Shown: positions 1 to 11,473, counted from the first letter of the stretch. The stretch: 64,000 bases of DNA from Calditrichia bacterium (GCA_028284905.1 JANQQU010000077.1:22140-86139), one strand, 5' to 3'. Notes: generated from the sequence alone by a model not told the origin. Numbers and translations are program-made.

Positions 1-662
1 ATCAATCCGGCCTCGGCCATTATTGGCAGGCGGGACAAGAGCTCGGTTGGAGAAACCTGCGCACCCTACAAAGCCTCTTCGAGGTTGCTAAGGATCAGGA
101 GCTGGCATTTGAACCCGGAACGAGTCAGCGCTATAGCAATTCCGGCTACGTAGTACTAGGCGCCATTATCGAGGCAGTTAGCGGGCAGAGTTACGACGAC
201 TATGTGCAGGAACATATTTTTCAACCGGCAGGGATGACTCACACCGTCGCCTATGAAGCGGATCATGTTGTTAAGAATCTTGCCACCGGATATACCAATC
301 AATCCCCGGAGGGCAGTGCAGGAGAAGGCTATCAGTATAACAATTTTTTCACGCATTCGATCAAGGGTAGCCCAGCTGGTGGCGGTTACTCCACAGCGCA
401 GGACCTCCTGAAATATGACATTGCGAAAAAGTCTGGGCGCTTGCTCCTGAAAAAGCCGGAAGGCGCGGATCGCGTCAGCAGTAATGGCGGTGGTTTAGGC
501 ATTGCCGGCGGCTCATTCGGCATTAACGCTATTCTCGAATCCGATTGGGAATTAGGCTATACGGTTGTCGTTTTAAGCAATTATGACCCACCAACCGGCG
601 AAGAGCTCGGCCTGGAGATTATGACCTTGTTGCGGGATAAACAGCCGATGAGTAGCAGGTAG
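1..662 (+). CDS. Serine hydrolase, beta-lactamase (class C-like) family; 5'-truncated by window edge
   Basis: Frame open from position 3: QSGLGHYW...FEPGTSQRYSNSGYVVLGAIIEAVSGQSY..YVQEHIFQPAGM (YxN motif), PAGGGYSTAQDLLKY. Confidence 0.85.
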   Translation, partial: QSGLGHYWQAGQELGWRNLRTLQSLFEVAKDQELAFEPGTSQRYSNSGYVVLGAIIEAVSGQSYDDYVQEHIFQPAGMTHTVAYEADHVVKNLATGYTNQSPEGSAGEGYQYNNFFTHSIKGSPAGGGYSTAQDLLKYDIAKKSGRLLLKKPEGADRVSSNGGGLGIAGGSFGINAILESDWELGYTVVVLSNYDPPTGEELGLEIMTLLRDKQPMSSR

Positions 663-679
663 GGACTTTGTTTGGTTTT

Positions 680-1064
680 ACGCAAATGTATTCGTGCAAG
701 CTAACGGCGTTATTTCTGCGTTGGCGCTGATGTTTGGGGGTATTCTGTGTGACGCAAATGTTGATTGTATACGAATTTGCGTGCTTATATGCGTTGGCGC
801 CACGGAGAACATGGTTCCGCTTCGCTAATTGTCGCGCTCCTACGTCGCTGATGGTTCCGCTCCCTTTGGTCGCTAATGGTTAAAAGAAAATACATCTAGC
901 ATATTAGCCATTAGTGACCAAAGGGAACGGAACCATTAGCGACCATCGGGAGCGGAGCCATATTGCTGTGAGCGCCAACGGGCGAAGTTTTACTCTACAA
1001 AGACAAATTCACCCGCGACAAAACAGAATACCGATAGCCATCAGCGACCAACGGGAGCGGAACA
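680..1064. repeat. Composite REP/BIME-like palindromic element (25-bp ATGGYTCCGCTCCCnnTGGTCGCTR units plus ACGCAAATGT..GCGTTGGCGC module)
   Basis: 851-879 is the reverse complement of 908-936 (2 mismatches); CGTTGGCGC 792-800 pairs with GCGCCAACG 972-980; extra unit at ~1037-1063; homologous element at 62074-62606. Confidence 0.85.
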
Positions 1065-1065
1065 A

Positions 1066-1398
1066 TTACTCCGGATGAAATACAAAAAAATCGATATACA
1101 GCCAGATCACCCGGGAATATTGAAAGAATACCGGGATGGATAAAATTAACAACAATACAGTGGTTCCCAGAATAAGTCCAAACGGATAGCCGGCGAATAT
1201 CATCCCGATCCACACTGGTCCAATAATAAAAATCGCTAAAAACCAATTTATAAACATCGCGCCGGTGTAATAACCTTCCTCCCGTTCAAAATTCATCTTA
1301 CATTTCGGACAGATATCATTCATCTGAAACCAGCTTCGGAAGAGTGCGCCCTCGCTACAGCGCGGACAGCGTCGTTTCAATAAGGATAAAATTTTCAT
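1066..1398 (-). CDS. DUF983-like protein (Zn-ribbon plus two TM helices)
   Basis: RCPRCSEGALF...CPKC...EREEGYYTGAM followed by two hydrophobic helices. Confidence 0.8.
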   Translation of the reverse strand: MKILSLLKRRCPRCSEGALFRSWFQMNDICPKCKMNFEREEGYYTGAMFINWFLAIFIIGPVWIGMIFAGYPFGLILGTTVLLLILSIPVFFQYSRVIWLYIDFFVFHPE

Positions 1399-1508
1399 TG
1401 CTGAAAGTTCCTGTTTTTTTGCGGGAATTTAGGTAATATTGCCATACCCGGGAAGCACTTTTTCAGATACATTTGCAGCAGGAACTTCTATATAAGAAAG
1501 GATTAATA

Positions 1509-1949
1509 ATGAGCGATGTCGCAACGATTGATGCAATTATTAAGGCTTTATACGACGTCATTTCCGGGCCGGCCGGGCAGGCGCGGGACTGGGAGCGGGA
1601 CCGCAAGCTCTTTTACCCTGGAGCGCGTTTGATCCGCACGGTCATCAATGATGCCGGGCAGCCGGAAGCCCAGGTAATGGATGTTGAAAGCTACATTGAA
1701 AGTGCTGAGCCTTATTTGCTCGCCAATGGCTTTTTTGAAATAGAAACTGCCCGGCAGACAGATATATTTGGTAACATTGCCCAGGTGTTCAGTACTTATG
1801 AGGGGCGGCATAAAGCCGATGATCCCGAACCTTTTAAACGCGGTATCAACAGTATTCAGCTATACCATGACGGGAAGCGTTGGTGGGTAATGAATATTTT
1901 GTGGGATAATGAGCGGGAAGGAAATCCGTTACCGGAAAAATATCAGTAA
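1509..1949 (+). CDS. NTF2-like (SnoaL/DUF4440-like) protein
   Basis: IDAIIKALYDVISGPAG..RDW..FFEIE..FGNIAQVFSTYE..RGINSIQL..WW; AAGGA RBS before ATG 1509. Confidence 0.75.
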   Translation: MSDVATIDAIIKALYDVISGPAGQARDWERDRKLFYPGARLIRTVINDAGQPEAQVMDVESYIESAEPYLLANGFFEIETARQTDIFGNIAQVFSTYEGRHKADDPEPFKRGINSIQLYHDGKRWWVMNILWDNEREGNPLPEKYQ

Positions 1950-1965
1950 GCAATTCTGACGATTA

Positions 1966-3762
1966 TTAACGGCCGACCTGGGCGTTTATCCAATTGCTGA
2001 TTTCCGTGAGGGCCAATGGTGCAAAGGTCTCTTCGATACTGCCATATTCCGAAGGCGCGCCACTTTCGCAGGTTTGGAAAAGATGATTGAGTCCCGGCAA
2101 TTCTTTTAAAGTATATGCCGTGTTTCCACCGCTTTTTAATGCTTCCCCGATTGCGCTCAGGTTTTCCTTGGGCGGCACTTGTAAATCCTTCTCACCATTT
2201 ATTGCCAGCACCGGGCAGCTGACATTTTTTAGGGCATTCGCCGGTTCATAGCTTAGAAAGAAACGAAACCAGGGGGTCATTACCGCATCGATATTGGTTT
2301 CGATTTGCGCTTGCGTTACACCGGCTTTTTCGTATTCAAGCTTTACGGATTCGGGCATCTCTTGCCATTCCGCCGAAATGAAATCGAGAATTTTGCTTTT
2401 CGCCAAAGCGTTCTCCGGCGTTGTCTTCACAGTGTTGTAAATAAACGCTGACAATTTTCGATCAAACGCAATCAATGTTTCGCCGGCACCATTTGCTTGC
2501 TGGATTAATGCGGTTTGCATGTAAAGGATTTCTTCCCCATTGACGCCGGGACCCGCCAGCAAAACGATAAAGGCAACGTCATCCGATTGAGCCGCTACCA
2601 TCGGGGCAATCAAGCCACCTTCACTGTGCCCGATCAGCCCAATCTCTGCATGTCGCACGTCGTCACGACTTTTCAGGTAAGCGACACCGGCGAGTACATC
2701 ACTGGCAAAATCTTCCGATGTAGCGCTGGAAAAATCGCCGGAAGATTCACCAACACCCCGGTCATCCACGCGTAAAACTGCAATGCCGGCACGTGTCAGA
2801 TGATCCGCCAGCACCAGAAAAGGACGATGCCCCAGCAGGGTTTCATCGCGATCCTGCGGACCGGAGCCGCTGATGAGTAGAACAGCCGGGAATCGTCCCT
2901 CCTTCTCCGGCCGGGTAAAAGTGCCGGCAATATGAATGCCGGCGCTGTCGTTATTATAGGCAACTTCTTCCTGAAAATAAGGATACGGTGCTTTCGGATG
3001 CTGCGGACGGTTTAATTCGCTCGCTTTCTCCACAGGCCCTAATATCAAGGGCAGCTGCTGCCCGCCCTGATGCCAGGAACCCTTGATCTCGGAAAAATCC
3101 GCATTCACTGTTCCCTCAAAATAGCCGCCAACCCCGGCAACCTCCAGGCGAATTTTCTGGTCGCTGAATGTCGCTTTGCTGACCATAATTCCCCGTGCGC
3201 CCTGATCCGGACTGTCCATTTTCGCTTTTATGTTTCCATCCGCATCAACATCTAAATGAAACACCAGTCGCAGTGTAACTCCGGCATTGAGCAAGCCTTC
3301 CCAGATACCATTTAGTTTCTTTACATTGGGATCATTCTTCGCAGATTGATCGGCAGGTTTCATCGCACGTTCATGGGTTAAATTTAACGGCAATGAGCCA
3401 CCGCCCTGCGACCAGGTACCTTTCAAATGATTAAAATCCGCATCGAATTCCCCTTCATACTTCCCATCGATTGATGCAACTTCCAACGAAAAAGAATTAC
3501 CTGCAGCATGCACTTTACTTACCGGGATGCCGCTGGTGCCCTGATCGGGGCTCCCCATGGTTGCGGTAAATTCGCCTGTCTCAGATTTTTCCAGGTCGAT
3601 AATAATGCGCATCTCCACGCCATTCACATTGAGCTTTCCCTGCCAGCGGCCGGCAATATCCTGGGAAATAGCAACATCCTGTCCCCAGGCCATTTGCCCC
3701 AGTGCAATGGCAGCCAGCATAAAAAAAGCAAATACAAGTCTGATTAATGTCCGGACGGTCAT
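1966..3762 (-). CDS. Secreted alpha/beta hydrolase with two N-terminal beta-rich repeats
   Basis: Signal peptide; two W.G.L..MxSPDQG repeats; ISGSGPQDRDE, GHSEGG nucleophile elbow, GEKDLQV, NHLFQ; GGAG RBS before ATG 3762. Confidence 0.9.
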   Translation of the reverse strand: MTVRTLIRLVFAFFMLAAIALGQMAWGQDVAISQDIAGRWQGKLNVNGVEMRIIIDLEKSETGEFTATMGSPDQGTSGIPVSKVHAAGNSFSLEVASIDGKYEGEFDADFNHLKGTWSQGGGSLPLNLTHERAMKPADQSAKNDPNVKKLNGIWEGLLNAGVTLRLVFHLDVDADGNIKAKMDSPDQGARGIMVSKATFSDQKIRLEVAGVGGYFEGTVNADFSEIKGSWHQGGQQLPLILGPVEKASELNRPQHPKAPYPYFQEEVAYNNDSAGIHIAGTFTRPEKEGRFPAVLLISGSGPQDRDETLLGHRPFLVLADHLTRAGIAVLRVDDRGVGESSGDFSSATSEDFASDVLAGVAYLKSRDDVRHAEIGLIGHSEGGLIAPMVAAQSDDVAFIVLLAGPGVNGEEILYMQTALIQQANGAGETLIAFDRKLSAFIYNTVKTTPENALAKSKILDFISAEWQEMPESVKLEYEKAGVTQAQIETNIDAVMTPWFRFFLSYEPANALKNVSCPVLAINGEKDLQVPPKENLSAIGEALKSGGNTAYTLKELPGLNHLFQTCESGAPSEYGSIEETFAPLALTEISNWINAQVGR

Positions 3763-3875
3763 TTCGTTTTCTCCACATTTTGGTTCTGGTTTCGACAATA
3801 TACTGCTTTTACCCGGAAAGAGGAGCGTTATTCAAGAGAGAAATATATTTTTGAAAAAAAGAGGGAGAGGAGATT

Positions 3876-6800
3876 TTAACCGCCGGTGTTGTTCCGAATT
3901 GTTTCCAGCAATTCTCCGATCTGAATCGGCTTGGAGATGTAGGCATCCATACCGGCGCGGCGGCAACGCTCCATATCACCCTTCATCGCATTGGCGGTCA
4001 ACGCAATAATGGGAATATGCCGGCGGGTGTTTTGCTCTTCCAAACGAATCTGAATCGTCGCCTCGATGCCATCCATTTCCGGCATCTGCATATCCATCAA
4101 AATAAGATCGTAATTGTCTTGCCTCAGGGCACTCAGCGCCTGTCGACCGTTGGAGACAATCTTCACCGTGTATCCGTTTTTCTCCAGCAAGCGACGGGCC
4201 AACCGCTGATTAATTTCATTATCTTCCGCAATCAGAATGTGCAGCGGCCGGTGCTTACCGTTTTTATGGATTTGCGGTGCTGGGGCAGGCGTTCTTTTCG
4301 CGGTCAAAACCTTTTCCGGCAGTTCCTGACTTGTTTTTACCGTGGCAACACCCAGGCGAGCAGTAAACCAAAAAGAAGCGCCATTTCCTTCTACGCTATC
4401 GACGCCAATGCTGCCGCCCATCAGTTCTGCCAACTGTCGGGAAATTGCAAGTCCCAGCCCGGTACCACCGAACTTGCGGGTTGTAGATGAATCCGCCTGC
4501 GAGAAACTTTCAAAAATGACTTTCTGTTTATCTTTAGGAATGCCGATACCGGGATCTTTTACAACAAATTTAATCACCGCCTGTTCTGCGCTGGCCTCCA
4601 CCAACTCCGCGGTCAGAGAAATATGCCCACTGCCCGGCGGGGTGAATTTTACAGCATTACTACCAAAATTGAGAAGAATTTCCCGGATACGGGTGGGATC
4701 GCCAATTAAATAACGGGGCAAATTTTCCTCGGTTTCCACATAGAAGGTGAGCATTTTTTCATCGGCCTTCGGCGTCAGGATACTGGCCACACTTTGCAGC
4801 ATTTCCATTAAATCAAAAGAGAGAGATTCCAGCTCCAGTTTGCCCGCTTCAATTTTCGAGAAGTCGAGAATATCATTGATAAGCTTCAACAAAATCTGCG
4901 CACTATCCCGAACCGTAGTAGCGAATTCCTTTTGTTCCCCGGTTAAGCTGGTGCGAAGCAGAAGTTCATTCATCCCAACGATCCCATTCATCGGGGTGCG
5001 GATTTCATGACTCATATTGGCTAAAAATGCCGACTTCGCCTGGTTCGCTTCTTCGGCAAGATCTTTTGCTTTCAGCAACTCCCGCTCTGCTTTCTTTCGC
5101 TCCTTGATTTGCTTTTCCAGCACTTCATTGGTCAGCTTCAGCGTCGCTGCCTGGGCGGCATAGGCATCCTTTTGCCGCTGCAGTTGCCGGGTACGGTCCG
5201 AAACCATATCGGCCAGATGTTCTTTTTCCCGTTCCAGGCGCACCGATCGCCATTGGACAATACCGGAAATAAGAAAAACAACAAATCCGGCATAAATGAA
5301 ATACGCCCACCAGGTTAAATACCATGGCGTGGAAATTCGAAAGTTGTAGACGGCCGCTTCGCTGATCACACCGTAAACATCCCGCGCTTCGACCCGGAAA
5401 TGATAATCACCGGACGGCAGGTTCGTATATGCTTTTTTCGCTTCCTTCTGCCAGTTGGACCACTTTCGGTCAAATCCGTCGAGGAAGTAACGATACTCCG
5501 TGCGCGATTCATCGCAATAGGCCGGGGCAGCAAATTCGAAAGCCAGCGCGTTTCCCTTGGCCGGTAATATGTTCGGCGCTCTGTTTTCCGCCGTATCTGC
5601 ATTTTGCCAACCATGAAAGATAGTGGTATCTTCGTTAACGGTAACTTCGCTGATGTATGCCTGAAAGGGCATGCGCCCACCGTGGGGTACCGTCTGGTCA
5701 AAACGAATCAATCCTTCGATAACTCCGCCAAACCAAACGACATCTTCATGCAGTGGATCCGGGTAGATACTGTACAGCTCGACCCCGGAGATGCGATTCA
5801 GCTCATGCCCATCAATCTCATAACGCCCTGCGGCATCACGACGCAGCAAGACGGTTTTGGTGATGCCATCCGGCGTGCGGTAATGCATCCAGAAGTTCCC
5901 CTTACCCGCCGGAACGAAAAAATTGATGAAGACATTTGAATCAGCAAAGGCTTCTCCGAAATAGTTACTTTGCTGAAACCGTTGCTCAGTCTCGTTGTAA
6001 TAAAAAAGTCCCCGATCGCTGCCAACCAGAATGGTATCTTCGCTGTTATAAAGTGTGTAATGTTTTAAATCCGCCGCAACGGTAAAATAAACAATACTCG
6101 GCGCACCACTGTCGTCTTCCGGAATTACCCGGACAATATTTTTATAATCGGAATGGATCCAGAGCGTGCCATCGCTGGTTTCGCGGATATCGCGGATTCG
6201 ATCGACGGCGGCATCGACAATCTTCCCCTGGTCTTGCCAGCGGCCATTTTCATAGGAAAGCACCGCCAGACCTTCACTTAACCCGGCATAGATTTTCTCC
6301 GGGGTATTCGGCGATTGATAAAGAGTAAACACTTCGTAGGTTTCATCGGAGATTAGTTTCGGTGCCGTTCCGGATAGATCATAAATCCCCTGCAGCGTGC
6401 CAGCCAGCAAATGATCGCCGGTGGAGATTAAGGCCCAACAGGAATGCTCCAGCCCGGCAACCTCTTCCAGATAATGAAACTGCAATAGCTGCGAATAGCG
6501 GCTACGCCGGTTCAATGGTACCTGGCGCAAGCGATAGAGGGTAGTGCCGACTGTCAGGTAGAGGCGATCTTTATGGCGGGCAATCCGATAGACGTAATTA
6601 TCGACGCCGGACATTTTATCGAAGATGCTGAAGGGCGAAGGCACTGCCACCCGGGCGATACCGCTATTCATGGCAATCCAGAGATGATCGTCCGCGGCGC
6701 GGTAAACGTGATATGTCGTATTCTCATCCAGGCCGCCATATTTATCCAGCAGTCCGTGAATGCTGCCATTGCTATCGATAATCACAACCCCTTTTTGCAG

Positions 6801-7670
6801 GGTAGCCAGGGCATAAAATCCATTCGCCAGGGTTGTGCCGCTGTAAATTTTTCCGGTGGCTAAAAAGCGATGGCTCGCAGCATTCAACGGCGCTAATTTT
6901 CCGGCAGCGAGGCGAAACAATCCTCGTTCCCGCATTCCCAGTAAAATGTTGCCATCTTCCGCCGGCAGGATACAGGAAATACGATCGTCGGCAAACTCGC
7001 TGGCTGGCAAAAACAGTTTCAGGGAATCCTGATCGAGGATGAAGAGCCCATTTTCTTGATCCTGAATAAACAGGCGCTGATGGACAAAGAAGGTGCGGTA
7101 AAATCGTTCGCGAGGTTCCCAGGTGGTAATTTCGCCATCTTGCCAGCGGATTAACCGCTTGTGGTTTTGGAAAAAAACCGCGCTATCCCCGCTAACCACA
7201 TTAAAGGCCTCCCGCTCCGGTATGTAACCGGGCAAAAGCTTATGGTGCAATGTCTCAAAGTATTCTTCGCCGGATTTCTTCGCGACAATTCTCCCGAAGC
7301 CGCCTTCGTAACCGGCATAAACAATCCCATTGTGGTCTGTCGTTAACGAACGGATGACCAGTGCATCGCTACCAGGGATCTTTTGCCAACGAGTACCGTC
7401 ATAAGCAATGATGCCGTCGCTGTTGCCAAAGTACATCAGCTTTTTTCCATCCTGGGTAACGCTCCAATTTTGATTATTGGCGCGATATTCCCGGGCATCG
7501 TAGATGCGGATAATCGGAATTCCAATATCTGCATCATCGAAGACGGCGGGGAAATTAGCAGATTGTGCATTCAGGGAATGGTGCCCAAAAGCGGAGAAGA
7601 CAACAAAAAACAGCAGGGGGATTATACGATACCTGGCCGAAAATCCCGCGAGCACTGCCAGACCACTCAT
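3876..7670 (-). CDS. Hybrid sensor histidine kinase: periplasmic beta-propeller, Y_Y_Y domain, TM, HisKA, HATPase, REC
   Basis: [27 protein letters not shown]; [15 protein letters not shown]; [10 protein letters not shown]; [19 protein letters not shown]; start inferred at ATG 7670 (RBS AAGGA). Confidence 0.92.
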   Translation of the reverse strand: MSGLAVLAGFSARYRIIPLLFFVVFSAFGHHSLNAQSANFPAVFDDADIGIPIIRIYDAREYRANNQNWSVTQDGKKLMYFGNSDGIIAYDGTRWQKIPGSDALVIRSLTTDHNGIVYAGYEGGFGRIVAKKSGEEYFETLHHKLLPGYIPEREAFNVVSGDSAVFFQNHKRLIRWQDGEITTWEPRERFYRTFFVHQRLFIQDQENGLFILDQDSLKLFLPASEFADDRISCILPAEDGNILLGMRERGLFRLAAGKLAPLNAASHRFLATGKIYSGTTLANGFYALATLQKGVVIIDSNGSIHGLLDKYGGLDENTTYHVYRAADDHLWIAMNSGIARVAVPSPFSIFDKMSGVDNYVYRIARHKDRLYLTVGTTLYRLRQVPLNRRSRYSQLLQFHYLEEVAGLEHSCWALISTGDHLLAGTLQGIYDLSGTAPKLISDETYEVFTLYQSPNTPEKIYAGLSEGLAVLSYENGRWQDQGKIVDAAVDRIRDIRETSDGTLWIHSDYKNIVRVIPEDDSGAPSIVYFTVAADLKHYTLYNSEDTILVGSDRGLFYYNETEQRFQQSNYFGEAFADSNVFINFFVPAGKGNFWMHYRTPDGITKTVLLRRDAAGRYEIDGHELNRISGVELYSIYPDPLHEDVVWFGGVIEGLIRFDQTVPHGGRMPFQAYISEVTVNEDTTIFHGWQNADTAENRAPNILPAKGNALAFEFAAPAYCDESRTEYRYFLDGFDRKWSNWQKEAKKAYTNLPSGDYHFRVEARDVYGVISEAAVYNFRISTPWYLTWWAYFIYAGFVVFLISGIVQWRSVRLEREKEHLADMVSDRTRQLQRQKDAYAAQAATLKLTNEVLEKQIKERKKAERELLKAKDLAEEANQAKSAFLANMSHEIRTPMNGIVGMNELLLRTSLTGEQKEFATTVRDSAQILLKLINDILDFSKIEAGKLELESLSFDLMEMLQSVASILTPKADEKMLTFYVETEENLPRYLIGDPTRIREILLNFGSNAVKFTPPGSGHISLTAELVEASAEQAVIKFVVKDPGIGIPKDKQKVIFESFSQADSSTTRKFGGTGLGLAISRQLAELMGGSIGVDSVEGNGASFWFTARLGVATVKTSQELPEKVLTAKRTPAPAPQIHKNGKHRPLHILIAEDNEINQRLARRLLEKNGYTVKIVSNGRQALSALRQDNYDLILMDMQMPEMDGIEATIQIRLEEQNTRRHIPIIALTANAMKGDMERCRRAGMDAYISKPIQIGELLETIRNNTGG

Positions 7671-7867
7671 CAAACTTTCCTTATCTAATTTATCGTTCAA
7701 TAGATAAATAGAAAATTTACAATTTTTTGTGTCTGATGACAGTTTTCCAGAATACATTAATTTGACGGGAAGTGTTTAAAGGCATATCCGAATTGAAGAT
7801 ATTATGTAATCCGTTTTTTCCTCACCCTAAAATGGTAGCGTTTATACAGATACTTACAACAGGAATC

Positions 7868-8044
7868 TATGTCGCCCCTACAGGGCTCAAATGATTTCTA
7901 ACAACATTTTTACTATAAACATATCGTCCCTATGGGACGTTTTAAACAATTATTGTTTAAGCAGGCCGGGGAGCCCGATAAGGGCGATATGTTTATAGTT
8001 CTAATTGCTGTTTAATAAATTTTGAGCCCTGTAGGGGCGACATA
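7868..8044. repeat. REP-like nested inverted-repeat element (GTAG-type)
   Basis: TATGTCGCCCCTACAGGGCTCAAA 7868-7891 is the perfect reverse complement of 8021-8044; inner IR ACTATAAACATATCG.CCCT / AGGGCGATATGTTTATAGT. Confidence 0.85.
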
Positions 8045-8073
8045 TTTCTCTCATTTTTATTCCCTTCAAAATT

Positions 8074-10038
8074 TTACTTCATAAGCAGCATTTTTTTCAC
8101 CATCAACAGATTATCCACCTGCAGTTTATAAAAGTAAAAACCGCTGCTTAAATCCCTTGCTTCAAAAACGACGGAATGTGCTCCTGCCCGCAATTCTCCT
8201 TCCAGCAAAGTGGCGACTTCTCTGCCGAGCATATCGAACACTTTTAGGGTTACACCTGCCGCTCGTGGCAGTGTGAATTGAATCGTGGTGGTTGGATTAA
8301 ACGGATTAGGGAAGTTTTGCTGCAGTTTAAAGTCGGCGGGTGCCAGCGGCGGGTTTTCATCAATTGCGGTTATCTGGCCACCCTCGGTAACAGTTACAAA
8401 TTGATTGGATTGCATGTTCGTAGCAATATCCGTTGTTCCCGATGGCCAGTCGATTACCAGGGAATCAATAACTGCTGCGTCGCCAAGCCCAAAGTGCGCC
8501 CGCAGGCTGTTTTGTCCGGTGGAAGCATTTTGCGAAGATATCTCACGCAGTTGCCAAAAGGTGTTGCCAAAGACGGTTGCCTTTACGCGAACCTTCGTGC
8601 CGATTGCCGCTCGGTTTGAGGTGGTGCCAATACATTTAATATTTATCCAGTGATTGCCGTTTGCCAGATCGTTTCGGTATAATGCATCCTGTGCAGCACC
8701 GGCGGTTAGGGTATTGATGGTTACGTAAAGATCGAGATCCCCATCATTATCATAATCTCCCGATGAAGCGCCCCAGCCGGCGCGGCTCCCCGCGACAAAA
8801 TCGCTGCCACTGACCCGGGTAAAAGTATAGTTTGGCGCGCCATTGTTCCGGTAGTAATTATTGCCGCCAAAATTACTTGGACTGGTTACATTGGTGACAT
8901 ATAAATCGAGATCACCGTCATTATCAAAATCTCCCCAGGTCTGTCCAATGGAAAGTTTAGCATCGGTTACCAGGGAGCCGCTTGTAATCTTTGTATAAAC
9001 GCCATTATCATTGCGATAAAAATCATTCGCCATACCGCTGGTTACACCGGGTGTGCCGCCAAAATTCGTGACGTAAAGGTCGAGATCCCCATCATTGTCA
9101 TAGTCGACCCAACTTGCCTGCTGGCCGTCGCGGGGGTCGGTTGCAAAGTTGCTGGTGAGATCTCTTTCGAATAATACCGATCCGCTCTCAACTAACCAGT
9201 TTTTGAAGAAATAATCAGGTTGCAGCACACCATTTTGCACTGGCCCGGCGGTGATAAACAAATCCATGTCACCATCGAGGTCATAGTCCGTCCAGGTCGG
9301 AATTGTGTAAGCATCCGCTGGACCGTTGACAATGATGCTACCGGTATTATTGCTAAAGGTGCCGTCCCCGTTATTATCAAAAAGGACATTCGAGAGTTCT
9401 TCATTCGGATAGAAATTTGCAGTCGGTGTGGTAATGATCAGATCAACAAAACCATCGTTGTTATAATCGGCCCAGGCGGCTGCGAATCCGCCAATCCGGT
9501 TGAGACTACTTGCATCTCCGGAGGTAATACGCGCTAATGCATAATCCTGGGGACCTTCATTTCGAAACAACTCCGATCCCAGCGCTGTCGTGGTACTTAA
9601 AAAGCGTTCATAAATTGCGTTATAATTGGCGACATATAGGTCAAGGTGTCCATCATTATCATAATCCGCCCAGGTTTGCCCCAGCGTAAAACTGGTATCG
9701 TCAGCCATATCCGGAGAGGTGATTTCTACAAAAACATCATTGCCATCATTGCGGAACAGTTTATTCAGGTTTCGCGCGGCATTAAATGTCGCTGCGCCGC
9801 CGAAGTCGTTATTGGTAACGTATAAATCGAGATCATTGTCATTATCAATGTCGATCCAACTGACTCCCCTGGCCCAGGTTAAATCGGTATCAATGGTAAG
9901 ACGTGTGAAATTTTGTGCGTTGACATTTGCAGTAGCAACAAGCAAAATGAATAATAACACCGCAGTTTTAATCGTATTAAAAAGTCTCTCGGCAAAAGGG
10001 TTAATTTTTCCCAGCCAATAGAAACAGTATCCAGGCAT
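8074..10038 (-). CDS. Secreted FG-GAP/VCBS repeat protein with ASPIC/UnbV domain (CRTAC1-like) and C-terminal sorting domain
   Basis: Repeated W.DYDNDGDLDLYV motifs; SNRAAIGTKV..HFGLG..IDWPSG; LQQNFPNPFNPTTTI..KKMLLMK; start uncertain (10038 has GAGG/AAGGA RBS). Confidence 0.88.
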   Translation of the reverse strand: MPGYCFYWLGKINPFAERLFNTIKTAVLLFILLVATANVNAQNFTRLTIDTDLTWARGVSWIDIDNDNDLDLYVTNNDFGGAATFNAARNLNKLFRNDGNDVFVEITSPDMADDTSFTLGQTWADYDNDGHLDLYVANYNAIYERFLSTTTALGSELFRNEGPQDYALARITSGDASSLNRIGGFAAAWADYNNDGFVDLIITTPTANFYPNEELSNVLFDNNGDGTFSNNTGSIIVNGPADAYTIPTWTDYDLDGDMDLFITAGPVQNGVLQPDYFFKNWLVESGSVLFERDLTSNFATDPRDGQQASWVDYDNDGDLDLYVTNFGGTPGVTSGMANDFYRNDNGVYTKITSGSLVTDAKLSIGQTWGDFDNDGDLDLYVTNVTSPSNFGGNNYYRNNGAPNYTFTRVSGSDFVAGSRAGWGASSGDYDNDGDLDLYVTINTLTAGAAQDALYRNDLANGNHWINIKCIGTTSNRAAIGTKVRVKATVFGNTFWQLREISSQNASTGQNSLRAHFGLGDAAVIDSLVIDWPSGTTDIATNMQSNQFVTVTEGGQITAIDENPPLAPADFKLQQNFPNPFNPTTTIQFTLPRAAGVTLKVFDMLGREVATLLEGELRAGAHSVVFEARDLSSGFYFYKLQVDNLLMVKKMLLMK

Positions 10039-10111
10039 AATCCTTACCTCACAAAAATTGGTTAATTTTCTTTTTAGCTGAAAATGCACTTTCAGTAAGA
10101 AGAAATCGACT

Positions 10112-10125
10112 AACCCGATCGGGTT
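10112..10125. promoter_or_regulatory. Perfect 14-bp palindrome, candidate operator upstream of the CRTAC1-like gene
   Basis: AACCCGATCGGGTT between the AraC gene and its co-oriented downstream gene. Confidence 0.3.
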
Positions 10126-10171
10126 TTACCAATTTTTTGAGAAAATCAGCGGGAGAATTATTCTGTGAGCG

Positions 10172-11326
10172 TTATGAAGGCAATTGTTGTGATTTTTTAA
10201 ATTGCGAGGGCGTCTGACCGACATGCTTTTTAAACGCAGTATTAAAAGAGGCTTTGTTATTGAAGCCTACATCGTAAGCAATTTCTAAAATTGTATGATG
10301 ATTTTTTTCCGGAGAGGTCAATCGGGATTTTGCTTCCTCGATACGATATTGATTGATAAAGTCATAAAAATTTTGCTGCATCCTCTCATTGAGAATCTGG
10401 GAAAGGTGATGGGGGGAAATCGAGAGCCTTTTTGCCAGGTCCTGCAATTTGAGGTCGCTTTGTGTAAACAGTTTCTCCGTTTTCATAATCGTGGACAATT
10501 TCTGAGAATAACTTTCTGCCCGTTCGGCAGTGAGTGCGGATTTTTCATATTTGGGAGAATGCTTCACGATCAGGCCGTCGGAAATTATCTCCGGATGTTG
10601 AAATGTAGTATAGCCGATAGCATAAATCATAAAACCGATAGCACCGGAGACTAAGTAATCTAGTTCCACAAAATACCTGGCCCCGAATAAGATCGCGACG
10701 GTATAGAGAAACCAAATCCCCCATAACCCGCCAAACCCGACCGTCAGTTTTCGCAACCAACCCAGTTTGATTCTTTCTACGGTCAGCAAACGGCCATTTA
10801 TCTTTTCCTCATAGTGGTTGAGCAATTTCCAGGTAATGTAGGTATAAAAAAGCAAATGAGGAATTTGTAAAATGCTGATAAAAAAGTAGACATCCCAGGA
10901 GAATGAAGTGGATGGATTGTCGATCAGCACGAAATTACTCAGGAGGTGAACTTTGAACTCACGCGGGGCGATATAGAGCGGCATATGAATATAGATATGT
11001 ACAACAACAGGCAGAAGATGAAGTAGGTGAAGCTTTTTAAACCGCCATTCTCCCGTAGAAAGCGCGGCATATAAGTAAAGCAGCGGGCCATAGAGATATA
11101 AAAAAGAGGCAGTGGTCGTAAAGAAATGCGGCAACTCAATCAGATACTTTGTCCAGATGCCTAAAATTTCCAACAGCCGCAGCGAAAAAACGAAGACTAA
11201 TATTGCCAGAACGCGGTTGGCAGTACGATTGCCGCGTTTATGCAACATCAACACCACGGCTAATAACAACCCGTGTGCTGCCGCCAGCAGCAGGATAAAC
11301 GTCCAGGGATTCAGTGAAGGTGTCAT
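10172..11326 (-). CDS. Membrane-anchored AraC-family transcriptional regulator
   Basis: About 7 TM helices then KYEKSAL..LKLQDLAKRLSISPHHLSQILN..NFYDFINQYRIEEAK..IAYDVGFNNKASFNTAFKKHVGQTPSQF. Confidence 0.93.
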   Translation of the reverse strand: MTPSLNPWTFILLLAAAHGLLLAVVLMLHKRGNRTANRVLAILVFVFSLRLLEILGIWTKYLIELPHFFTTTASFLYLYGPLLYLYAALSTGEWRFKKLHLLHLLPVVVHIYIHMPLYIAPREFKVHLLSNFVLIDNPSTSFSWDVYFFISILQIPHLLFYTYITWKLLNHYEEKINGRLLTVERIKLGWLRKLTVGFGGLWGIWFLYTVAILFGARYFVELDYLVSGAIGFMIYAIGYTTFQHPEIISDGLIVKHSPKYEKSALTAERAESYSQKLSTIMKTEKLFTQSDLKLQDLAKRLSISPHHLSQILNERMQQNFYDFINQYRIEEAKSRLTSPEKNHHTILEIAYDVGFNNKASFNTAFKKHVGQTPSQFKKSQQLPS

Positions 11327-11473
11327 AGAAAACAGTTACCCTAAATTGGAATCATCACGTTTTTCCTACACCGAAGCCGGGCAAAGGTTCCGGGGATTGG
11401 TTGTCCGTTGATCGTTGTTCGTTGTTCGTATTAGCCTTCTGTCAGGAACCTTAAGCGTTATTTTGATTTTTCA

